Source of the DNA: Lama glama
Lineage: Eukaryota
DNA length: 64,000 nt
Reading direction: 5' to 3'
NCBI GenBank assembly: GCA_028534125.1
Contig: CM052817.1
Coordinates: 77,068,001-77,132,000 of the forward strand
A program made the translations under genes and the position numbers. This document shows positions 26,088 through 37,230 of the stretch, one piece after another. The notes beneath the pieces were generated by a model. That model was not told where the DNA came from. It was given only the letters and a program-made list of their open reading frames with translations, and ran no database searches. How positions within the stretch are numbered: position 1 is the stretch's first letter; every line of letters begins with the position of its first letter.

Positions 26088-26187
26088 TTTTCTTTGTTTC
26101 TCTAATTCAATAGCAATATTATAAATAGTCCTTTTGGAGGACATACTGCATCCACTAGCAGGAGTTGAATATTCAAAAGGCAATTTG
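26088..26187 (-). pseudogene. Exon remnant KLPFEYSTPASGCSMSSKRTIYNIAIELEKQRK
   Basis: 100 nt fully open; acceptor ttttctgctcaacaag|, donor |gtgagt; phase 0 into the next segment DKIYLKHILIL at 25999. Confidence 0.65.
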
Positions 26188-26689
26188 CTTGTTGAGCAGA
26201 AAATAGAAATATTAAACATTTAATAAATATTAATTGAGTGACCCCTATGTGCTGGGTGTTTGAGATGTGATGAATATGACAGTCAAGGCCACTGCCCTGA
26301 TAGATTACCTTTGAGTGGGGGCAAGTGAAGTAAATAACTTCAGCTAGTCAAGTGCAAAATAAAATAATTATGAAAAAGAGTAATAACAGAAAGTGATAGA
26401 AGAAACATAAGCTTCTTTGAATAGGGTCATCAGTGAAGGCACCTTAGAGCAGTTGACTGTGGAGAGACCTATTAAGGAAAAGCTACCAGCATTGGAGGAG
26501 GGACCTGCAGATGCTGGGGCCAAGAGTGAAAAGGCACTTGTTGTGTCTGAGAGACACACAGAAAAGAGGTAGCTGTGAAAATAGGGAAAAGTAGATATAT
26601 TTAGGTTATTATTGTAGAGTTCTTTCTTACAGGAACTACCAATGATTTCGACATGGGAAGTGGGGGAAAAAGACGATGTATTTATTTCC

Positions 26690-27950
26690 ACACAGACAAA
26701 AATGTTAACTATTACTTTACACCAAAAGTACGATCCATAAAAATAAAACTCAGACTTCATCAAAATTAAAACTTTCACTCAGTGAAAGACTTTTCTAAAA
26801 GGACAAAAAGACAAGCTACCAATTGAAATAAAATATTTGAAAACCACATACCAACAAAGGACTAATATCTAGACTATATAAAGAACTCTCAAGACTCAAC
26901 AGTAAAAAGCAAATAGTGCAGTTATACATGGGAAAGAGACATGAAGAGACCAAAAAGAGATATGTAGATGGCAAATAAACACGAAATTACATTCAACATC
27001 ATTATTCATTAGGGAAATGCAAATTAAAACCACAATGAGATAGTTTTAGTATTAGAAAGTTTTTTCATTTCAAAATAAGAAATATGTCTGCAGTGTTTTT
27101 TCTCATCATATTGGTATGAAAGCCACACTATGTGTGTGTATGTGTGTATGTAAATAAAATATCAGAATAGGTAAAATAATAAATAATAACACTATCAAAT
27201 GCCAGCAAGGATGTGGAGAAACCAGACCACTTATACATTCCTGGTGGGAGTATAAAATGATACAAATGCTCTGGAAAACAGTTTAAAAAAAAAAAACTAA
27301 ACATGCAATTACCATATGACACAGTAATTGCACCCCAGGCATTTATCCCAAAGAAATGAAGACTTATATTCACAAAAATCTGCACAGGAATGTTTACAGT
27401 AGCTTTATTAATAATAGCAAAAACTGGAAAAAAAACTATATGTCCTTCATTGGTCATATCATCAGACTTGTCATTGGACATAAATGGTTAAGCAAATCAT
27501 GATATATCCATATCATGCAATACTGCTTAACAATAAAAAAGGAATAAACTATTGATACAGGCAACAATCTAGCTGATTTTCCAGAGAATCATGCTAAGTA
27601 TAAAAAAATTATCCCCAAAGGTTACATACTGTATTATTCCATTTGTATAATATTCTTGAAATGACAAAATAATGGAAATGGAAAATCGGTTAGTGGTTTC
27701 CAAGGGTAAAGGGAGGAGGTGGGAGTGTGAGGGAAGTGAGTGTGGCTATTAAAGGGCTACATGAAGGATCCTTGTGGAGATAGAAGTGTTCTATCAAAGT
27801 CAATATCCTGGTTGTGATACTGAATTACAGTTTTGCAAATTGTTACCACTGGGAGAAACAGGTAAAGGGTACATGCAATCTCTCTGTTATTTCTTACAAC
27901 TGCATGAGAATCTACAGTTATCTCAAAATAAAAAGTTTAATTTAAAAATT
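26690..27950 (+). mobile_element. Old LINE-1 3' region (L1MC-like)
   Basis: aaatgcaaattaaaaccacaatgagata, caaggatgtggagaaac and 3' UTR motifs ending in aataaaaag. Confidence 0.8.
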
Positions 27951-30655
27951 GAACTATTTTACAGGGTGTGTATATATACTTATATAATTCTCATTGAAGT
28001 GTACAACAGTACCTGTGGGAGTTTTGGCTAGGACCTCAAGATAGTAAATACAACATTCCCAAGTGAAGATGATAACCACCCTGTAGGACTTGTACAAGAG
28101 GTAGAGGATAATTGGTTGTAAGGCTCTGAATTACTTAACCCACTTCAAAGTTCTCAAATGATGAGGAATTACAGATTGGAGGAGAGAGTTTTCAGAGTTT
28201 ACTGTTGTTATGATGCAATATCACCCTTCCCCTCAGGGAAGAGAGGTAGAGGCTAGTCCCCCTTTACCTAAATCAAGAAAGGAGGCTTTAAGGAGACCAC
28301 TGGGAGAACTTCAGTTCTGGGAGACATGGGAGAGTTTACTTCCCATTTGGAATGGCTGGCTAGTTGCTCAGAAAGCAGACACAAAAGGGGTAAAGTGACC
28401 ACTTAGTAATAGGATATCTGGTTTTCCTGAGTTCCAGCAGTAAATTACTGCTCCCAGAGTCTTTTGGGGCAAACAATGTGATTTTCCATGAACCAAATGT
28501 GGGCCACTCACTTAAGAAAGCCAGAGTGGGTTCTTTTTAGTTTATGTCCAAAAGTATGGCCAAGAAGGGTGAATAGTCCTCTGAAGAAGGAAGCCACATA
28601 AATAAATAAAGCCAAGGACCAATAGGAACAGAAACATATCAGCTCTTGTCATGGGAACCCACAGGGAGAGCACAGTGGGTTTTGGAAGAACCCATGAAAA
28701 TGCTCACCAGAAAAAGAGTCAGTTTTAAATATCTGCCGAGTCCAAAATGTGTCAGTGCTAGGTCATGAAGACAGTACCAATTTAGTAAGAACTTTTCCTG
28801 TAAGCGGCTTCCATTAAATCCCCCCAGCCCCCACACTTGAGCCTTGGGAGGGTCCATAGGCCTGAAGGAGATGGAGCTGGAGCCTCCCCAGTGGAAAGAG
28901 AGAAGCGGCAGACTGTGCCCTCCTTTCTCTACCTCCAGAAGTGTTAGCTTCAGGCCTGCAAGTGGCCTGGAGACGACGTAAGGAGATATTCCTTAACTTG
29001 AAAGCTGAAGTTAAATTTTGACCTCATATTTTGATGGTTAAACCAAGACTGGAGCTTAAACAATCAAATAACTGTTTCTAATAAATAAAAATAACCAGAA
29101 AAAGCATGAAGACTGCTTAAGTTTGTATCCAGCCACAGGGGGAGAACCAGCCTCAAAGAAAGGGCAGTGGAAGAAAATAATTAATTTGATTTATGAATGT
29201 ATACTACAAGTCCTTATTCAATATTTTAAATACAAAGGTCTTCTTCCTACATACTCAGCAAAAATTTTCCAAATTTTACTATTGTTATATATGCATATGT
29301 GCATGTGTATATATACATATATACAGAATCATGTGTTCCCCGACCCTAGTATGAATATAGTATCTGTTTTCAGCAACTAGCAGCCTAGACTTGGATATAG
29401 ATGTGAGAGTTGCTTCTTTGTAATGATTTCCAGTTTTCCTGAATTAGTTAACTTACATAGCAGTATTACTGTGCTACAAATATTAAACTACGTATTTTGG
29501 CTTAAGGTAAGTCTTACTATATGCAAGGTTCAGCCTTTAGAGAAATAGAAAAACTATTACAGTTGGAAATTTAAGTTAGAATCTAGTTTCTCTTCAGGAT
29601 GAGAAAATGTCCAATTTTTTCCCCTTCAGTAAAGATTTTCAAGTTTCTGTAGCCAAAGCTGTTTTTCTCTGTTAAATTTCACTAGGATCAACATGCTTTG
29701 ATTTATTGTATATCTGACCTAAAAATGGATGGGAGGAAAAAAATGCAGAGATGATTCAAATCAGAGGAAATTCTGAACAACCAGTGAGTAGCCAGTGCAT
29801 ACTAACTCTGCACATTCCTAAGTTATTTGACACAAATGCCCGGAGGAGAATGCCAGGAATGGAGAAAGTAAGGCAACTCCAATGATTTCTCTTGGATGCA
29901 CTGATTTATAATCTGAAACAGATTTACCATGTTAACCATGATTTGGTTCCAATATCTTTATTTTTGAGCATATATACAAGGATTGTCTTTTCATATTCAT
30001 TTGAAACTTAATTTTTTTGGAATTAAGAAATTTAATTCTAAATATTCTAAACATTGCAATATTTGCATTGGGTACAATAAATGTCACATGTTTTAAAGAA
30101 TGTATACAACTAAATCCATCATTATGGTAGTTTGGTATAAAGTTACAAAAATAATTTTTAGTATTTTTACGGTCCAAATATCTAGAATAGTGGATTTCTT
30201 TATAATAGTACTTTGTTTCTACTGGTTTTGTGTATATGTTATAAAATGATATAAATATTTAAAATCCCAAACAGATCATTAAAAAGTAAGCAGCACTTAA
30301 TGCTATTATATTATCAATCTCCCTTTGAATATAGGTTTTATTTTGATTCATCACAGAATGCACTTTCTTCTTCTAGTTGTTTTTAACATTTCAAATTTTG
30401 GAGGGAGAGAATACTCAACTTCAAAGTAATAATTAAGCTGTAAAAACAAACAAATGAAAAAACAGTATAAAGTATTGAGGTTATTAGTTTCAATGAGGAA
30501 CAACACAAAACTTCCTACTCTTTTAATAAAACCACAGAGTAAGCTCCAGGAAGTATTTGCCTCATAAACAATTTCATTTCTTATGTAAGTATGGTAATTT
30601 TCTTAGAGAAAACCCTACATGCTGTTATAGGCATTTCACTTACCTTGACAAGTTT

Positions 30656-31505
30656 TTTTTTTTAATTCAAGTATAGTCAGTTACAATGTGTCAATTTCTG
30701 ATGAACAGCATAATGTTTCAGTCATACATATAATTTTCATAGTCTTTTTCATTATAGGTTACAAGATATTGAATATAGTTCCCTGTGCTATACAGAAGAA
30801 ATTTGGTTTTTTAATCTATTTTATATATAGTAGTTAATATTTGCACATCTTGAATTCCCAATTTATCCCTTCCCACCCACTTTCCCCCTGGGAACCATAA
30901 CTTTGTTTACTGTGTCTGTGAGCTTCTGTCTGTTTTGTAGATAAGTTCATTACCATCTTTTTTCTTTTCTTCTTTTTTTTTAGATTCCACACATGCATGA
31001 TATCATGAGGAATTTTTCTTTCTCTTTCTGGCTTGCTTCACTTAGAGTGATGATCTCTAGATCCATCCGTGTTTCTGCAAATTGAATTTTTAATGGCTGA
31101 GTAGTATTCCATTGTATAAACATACATAGCTTCTTTATCCAGTCATCTGCCAATGGACATTTAGGTTGTTTCCATGTCTTGGCTATTGTATATAGTGCTG
31201 CTATGAAGTGCATGTATCTTTTCAAATTAGAGTTCCCTCCAGATATATACCCAGATCATATGGTAAGCGTATTTTTAGTTTTTTAAGGAATCTCCATACT
31301 GTTTTCCATAATGGCTGCACCAAACTCATTCCCACTAACAGTTTCCTTTCCTGCACAGCCTCTCCAGCATTTATCATTTGTGGACTTTTTAATAATGGCC
31401 ATTCTGAATGCTGTGAGGTGATAACAAATTGTAGTTTTGATTTGCATTTCTCTGGTAATTAGTGATATTGAGCATTTTTCCATGTGTCTGTTGGCCATTT
31501 GTATG
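30656..31505 (-). mobile_element. 5'-truncated LINE-1 with perfect 14-bp TSD
   Basis: TSD accttgacaagttt at 30642-30655 and 31506-31519; ORF2 C-terminal peptides [10 protein letters not shown] and AKTWKQPKCP. Confidence 0.92.
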
Positions 31506-31507
31506 AC

Positions 31508-31559
31508 CTTGACAAGTTTCTAACTCAACATTTTCTGTAATACATAGCAATACAGTGAC
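31508..31559 (-). pseudogene. Exon remnant [17 protein letters not shown], separated from its GTAAGT donor by an L1
   Basis: acceptor ttattttctttaacag|; original donor gtaagt at 30638-30643, on the other side of the L1 insertion. Confidence 0.6.
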
Positions 31560-33739
31560 CTGTTAAAGAAAATAAATTATAAAAGAGAAATTAGGGGGAA
31601 ATTACTTTCATTTCAAAGGGATATTTCATTTAACTAAATCTTTTATCTCATAGATCTTTAAAGTAGTTGAATTCTTAGTGTTTTTAAAATAGGAATTAAT
31701 TTACAGGGAATGTTTCAGAAATTGTATAGCAATAATAAAAACATTCATGTAAAGTAGAACTATACATGCATTTTCTGCTAGTTATCTAGAAGTATTTTTA
31801 AAGCCTCTTCTCTCTTCTTGATAGTTTAAATGCTTTAAAATATAATAAACATTAAAGAAAAACTTACAAATTTGTGACAACCTTTCTTTACCCTCCTCAT
31901 ATTACTTCAGCTTACAGTCCTGTGTTCTTATTTTTTTATGTTTCTTATTTTTTTAAGTTTCTCTAGAAGAAGTTGTCATGGGTTATTACCTTGGTGCAAT
32001 GGTGGCCTCCAAGTACACTACAAGGCAAGCTATCCCAGAAGTCATGGGACAGACAGGCTCATAGATCAAAAGGAGATTCTTAAATCACATATCCCTTTAA
32101 AGCAAGAGGAAAAAGGATACATTACACACGTAGGATAGGGTGCTAACAGGAAACACCATACTACACAAATCCCAAATTATGCAATCTTCATGTTTTCTCT
32201 CTCTCTCCTTCCTTCTCATTCTCTGCTACATCAGCCTTCGCCATTAATAACTGGGGTACAGACTGACATTGAGCAAGGTCAACAGACAGAAGGTACCTGG
32301 GGGCCAATGATACATAGTTGCTCTGTTAAAGAGAAGCAGTGGCAAATATGCCTGGTCATTGCTGTAGCTTGCCAATTCCTGCCGACAGCTATAAATACTA
32401 TCAGCAATTCTTAGGCAGACCGTATTTGAGTCCAGAATATGACCATGGATGCCTGATATAATGGTGACAGGGTTGTCAGGCCAGAGGTAGAATGATCGTG
32501 ATTTGGTCTTTCTATCCCCTTCCATCTATAAATCACACTCTTGTTTGTTCCATCATATATTTCATTGAGTCTGTCTAGCTTTATAGCTTTCAGGTTACAG
32601 AGTTACTTAGTATCTATACTTAGCATATCTTATAAATTCTGCCTGTGTCCCACAAGCTACTTGCTTACTCTGCACTCTGTTATCTGTACTTAACACATCC
32701 TATGGGATTCATCCATCCTGTTTTGTGCTCTCTAGCAGAACAGGTTTTCTCAAATAATACAGCAAACTAATGTTACATAACCAACCTTTAAATATTTTTC
32801 TTTATCTATTCAATTAAATGTATTAACATTACTTAAACTATCCCTGCATTATTTTATTTTATTTTTTCCCTTGCCTTTTCTCATGTTCCTCCCAATTTGG
32901 TCATTTTGAAAAGACAATAAGGATATTTTATGCAAATTCCCCAGGTAGATCATACTTATTCAATTCTCCACATATTTTCATTTAATACTGACACATAGTC
33001 TGTGAAATTTTCTTCTTATTTTATGTTACAGGAAACCAATGCTTTAATCACAGTACTCTTTAAAAAAATCTACTAATATGTGATAAGAAAAGCCATCTTA
33101 ATGCCTGTTTCTTATGTAGTCCATTTATTTGGCACATGAGGCTTGTTAGATATTCTCTTGTGTCACAGCTGGACTAGGTTTTAACAGTTGTCCTGTTGAA
33201 CACAATAAAATGCACATCCTAGGAAACCTTCTGCACCTAATGGCTATAAGTGAATTTTCAAGGATAATGTAGAAGATGTAGAATGCTAACTGGCTGTCTC
33301 CTGTCCCTCTCCAACACAGCTACTTACCGCCAATCTCTCCAACAAAGCTCAGAAAAGTTAGAGAGACTTAGCTTCAATCAATGAGTTCATCAATAAGCAT
33401 CTGCTGAGTGTTCTTTACAAGGCACTGAGAGAAAGCAAGTTTTCAACAGATTCTAGCATTCATTTGTAGTTCTTTAGTTCTTTCTTGAAAAGTTCTGCTT
33501 ACCAAATGTTGTAATTTTTAAAGTCATTTTAGAGCCTCTCTCTGTATTTAGGAGAATTTCCTCTTACTCTAGTATAAATTCATAAAAAGTACACGAAAGA
33601 AAGTATGTTTGGGAGACCAAAGGAGACCAAAACTTTAATATGCCTGTAAAATTGGGTGCAAAAAGGAGAAGAGAATGAGGCTGGGCAGGGTGGCAGAGGA
33701 CTGCTCAGCATACAATGTTGAGTGGTTTAGATTTTTTAG

Positions 33740-33942
33740 ACCTGTGTCATCTAATATGGTAGCTGCTGACCAAATACAGCCACTTAAATTTAACTAATTA
33801 TAACCAAGTAAAAATTCAGTTCCTTGGGTACCCAAGCCACATTTCAAGTGCTCAGTGGGTGCATATGGCTAGTCGCTACTGTACTGGTTAGTGCAGAGAG
33901 CACATTTCTATTATTCTAGAAGGTTCTATTGGACAGCACTAC
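33740..33942. mobile_element. MER3-like hAT MITE within an L2 remnant
   Basis: ctaatatggtagc...agccacatttcaagtgctcagt...ttctattggacagcact. Confidence 0.65.
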
Positions 33943-34113
33943 CCCAGACATTGAGAAAACATGTAAAACTTTTGAGCAGATTTGGAAGTGATAAAATTAC
34001 AATTTTCCACAAATTTCTATGAAGAATTTGATAGACCAGAAGCTGGTAGGGCACTTACTATGTGAATCAGGATATGTATCATCCATAGGTTGTGTTTGCA
34101 GAAATGAAGAATG

Positions 34114-34136
34114 GTGTGTGTGTGTGTGTGTGTGTG
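34114..34136. repeat. (TG)n microsatellite
   Basis: read directly. Confidence 0.9.
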
Positions 34137-34749
34137 AAGGTTGAGGTCAAAGGCGGAACTACAGTCACAGAGCAGATAAGGAAGCTGAAGGAGAGGCAGA
34201 GTGCTTCTTCTTTAGGAAAATGGGTGGATATTGATCTTATTTTCTGAAATAGAAAACCCTGAAGGAGTGGAATTAAATTTGTCTTTGATAGGATGTGGGT
34301 GATTGATGAGTTGAGGTTATATCCATATTAACCTTGAAATTGTGAGGACATTTTAATAAGATGTACAGTAGGCAGTTGGATACATAGGTTTGGAAGAGAC
34401 ATTCTCAAGGACCTTAAGAGGAGCTGCATTAATTTTTATGTGGATCTCTCATCACTTCCTTAAAATAAGTGCCTAGAACTGAAACTGCTTTTTCAAAGAG
34501 TTTCCAAATTTCTTCTCTCCCCTCTCCCTACTACATACACTCCCTAGTGGCCCTTGTGTTGCCATGATGAATGAATGTCATGATAGGCATGTTCTACAAG
34601 TGTGCTGATGTGGTGTAGTGTTTTAAAATTCATTGGTTGGGAGACAGATTTCAGAGTTATATTCCTTTCTCTGTGAAAACTGCAACAACCCTCTGCTGGA
34701 TTCCAATGGCTTTGTAAATAGTATAAGAAAGTATACATTTGCATCTTTA

Positions 34750-35290
34750 TCAGTACAGGTTCCAGGCAGGGAAACAGAAATCATGTAAAGAAGGCTAAAG
34801 AGACAGCATTTGCTATGAAGAAATGTTGAAGGCTAGAAGAGCAAAAAGGAGAAGGTGAGATTAAATCAGAAATTCCTAATTGCAGAAAGTGGCTACCAGC
34901 CCTAGAGCTGGTAGAAAGTGGAGGTGGTATTATCAAAGCCCAAGGCAAACTCACTTCTGTGGATGCTGCATAAATATGTAGGGAAAGGGAAAACAGAACC
35001 ATTAAGAAAGGGCTGCTGCAACTGGCTCTGAGACTTTGTAAACGGCACAGCCATTCCCCCTGGATACCAGAAGCAGAGAGTACGAGAAATAAGGAACAAT
35101 ACCTTTCCCACATTCCACCTTCTGATTTTATGCCTGTGCAGAATTCTCGGTAGAACCTCACAAGAAGGCATCTGACAAGGAAAGCTGGGAAATGTAGTTT
35201 GCAAACTCCCAGCTCAACCATTATCACAGAGCAGACTTTAGGTGAGTATAGAGCTCAAATACCACAGGAAAATAACCTGCACTGCACTTA
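34750..35290. mobile_element. Old MaLR/ERVL-type LTR
   Basis: cagtacaggttccaggcaggg...caaggaaagctgggaaatgtagttt; boundaries approximate. Confidence 0.5.
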
Positions 35291-35569
35291 GCTAGAAAAA
35301 AAAAAATTCCCTCCTTTAGACAGTAAACTCCCTAAAGAAAAACTGACTGATTTGGTTTTGGTCTTTGATAGACTTGATAAACCTTTGGTCCATCACAGTG
35401 ACTGCCATATAAAATCTTAGTAAATATCAATAAATATTTGAGTGAGCAAAATACCTATTCACATCACTGAGAAATAGTTCAAATTAATACTCAGTTTACA
35501 TCACTAGCAGGTGATGCAACCGATTTTTAAAGAAAGACACTTCAATTTATATGTACAAACTAGTACAGT

Positions 35570-35800
35570 CTTTTACAATATAGGCCCTTGGAAGTTAACA
35601 TACTTTTTCAAACAGTGCTCCCATTACACAAGGGATTTTTAGGACTCCTCTTTTAAAATCGCCTTTCAGAGCTAGTTCTTGAGAAATACATGACAATTAG
35701 TAAAGTCTACTCCTGCCCACTTTTGGCCTAGACTGATTGCCTGTTTTGATCTGGAGGATTTAATTCTATTTTCAAAAAATAAATCCTCTCTCAAAGAATG
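35570..35800 (-). mobile_element. MARNA-like mariner relic
   Basis: Reverse complement gctctgaaaggcgattttaaaagaggagtcctaaaaat...aacttccaagggcctatattg resembles the MARNA 3' end. Confidence 0.55.
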
Positions 35801-36589
35801 AAGACTTGTTACTAATGTTGGTAAGTACTTGCCACAATTTCCCGATTCAACTTGAGGCAACATGTCTCAATCTGCTTCTGCCACTTTGAATTTGGAATAA
35901 GATGACAAATGTGGTATATAAGACTTTGGTCTTTGCTGCTTTCTAACGAAGAGAGGTGAATCATCACCATCACGCCTCTTCCTTGCTCCCGGCTCCAGTC
36001 AGGGAATTTCAGTAGGCTGTTTTCCTATCCCAGGGTTATTTCCAGCTAAGACAGATATATCAGCACAAAAAGAGGTCCTCTGGCCTCTAACCTCTACGAC
36101 ATGAACCAAGACATATTTTACTACGACCCACTCATTTCTCTAGGAAAAGAATCCATAAAACGCATTATAGTAAAGTAGGAAAATTTTCAAGGGCTAATGA
36201 GTTCTGGAGAGGAGCAGGGGCAGATGCAGTTGTTCCCTACCTGAAGGGTAAAATAAGTAATAAAATATTTGAATAATAATAAACACCTCCATGGCGGTGT
36301 GTGTTTGGCTCTGTTTATTCTTTCAGTTTTCACAATTCTGTGAGGCAGGCACTCTTATTAACTCCCGTTTTACCAATGAGAAAACCGAGGCTTACGGAGG
36401 TGATTAACCAGCCAAGACTGCTTAGCTAGTAAATGAGAGTCCAGGGTTCAAGTAGTCAGGGTTTGTGCTTTCAGCAGAAAACTGGTACCTGGCGATTTTT
36501 CTGCTGGCAACTGGGGAATTAATGGAACAGGAAATCAACCAAACGACCCATAACTTGGAAACAGTACTGATACGCCAAGGGAGCTGGTG

Positions 36590-37230
36590 TCTCCGCAATG
36601 AAACGATAAAAGAGAAGACCAGAGACTCGTCCGCAACGGCTCTGACAGCCCAGGCTGGGCACCGCCCACGCCTTCCAAGACCCCGCCCACGCCAGAGTTG
36701 CTGGACCCTCATTGGGCCCCTTCCAGGTGGCGTCAATCGCGGGCGCCCAGAAGGAGGCGGGACTTCCGGGCCGGTCGGGCCAAATCCGGCCGCGCCGGAA
36801 ATATTTATTGAGGAAAGGACATAGAGTACCCGGCATTTGAAGCTTCTGGAGAGTCTCGTGTTCCGGAGACTCGGGAAAAAAAAGTGGGTGGGGGTTCGTC
36901 CGCTAATTGCCAAGTTTTCCGGGTAGTGGAAAACAGGAGTTGGGACATGGACAGCCGCTTGCAGGAGATCCGGGAGCGGCAGAAGTTACGGCGACAGCTC
37001 CTCGCGCAGCAGGTCCGCGGCCGCGGGAGGGATCGTGAATCCGCGTGTGTGGCGTCCTCTTACCTCCTCTGGCCCTTTGTTTCCTCCTTACCTGCAGTCC
37101 TTTCTGGTGCCGCGACCTTAATCCCTGGGCCTACCTACTCTCTTATTCTCGACTTCCGCGGTGCCGCAGATGTTTTCCATTTTGAGGCGAGGTCATTGTG
37201 GTGGTGCTAAACCGAACGCCACGATTGGTC
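36590..37230. promoter_or_regulatory. CpG-island promoter of METTL14, probably bidirectional
   Basis: Sharp rise in CpG and GC in an AT-rich window. Two CCGCCCACGCC Sp/KLF boxes (36662, 36683), ATTGG (36711), TGGCGTCA (36728), and oppositely oriented ETS cores ACTTCCGG (36762) and CCGGAA (36795). Confidence 0.85.
36947..37012 (+). CDS. METTL14: METTL14 coding exon 1 ([22 protein letters not shown])
   Basis: ATG in GACATGG context; donor CAG|GTCCGC. Confidence 0.96.

Larger units (their letters stand above)
14892..31559 (-). pseudogene. Decayed multi-exon protein-coding gene, tentatively a divergent GREB1/GREB1L-family paralog, head-to-head with METTL14
   Basis: Minus-strand exon remnants with AG/GT boundaries (several degenerate): 31508-31559, ~29807-29975, ~29624-29718, 29457-29534, 26088-26187, ~25600-25999, 25469-25534, ~23200-24022, 22666-22706, 22563-22593, 21909-21963, 21787-21828, 21434-21595, 19587-19634, ~15986-16290, 15731-15872, 14892-14975. 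They contain stops, frameshifts and L1 insertions. Family assignment is by eye against remembered sequences. Confidence 0.6.

Noticed and set aside
35672..35863. 63 aa minus-strand ORF considered as a first exon of the decayed gene
   Set aside because: Overlaps a MARNA-like mariner relic and lacks clean splice boundaries
36422..36913. Overlapping 105-163 aa ORFs on both strands
   Set aside because: Expected in stop-poor GC-rich promoter DNA; no recognisable domain
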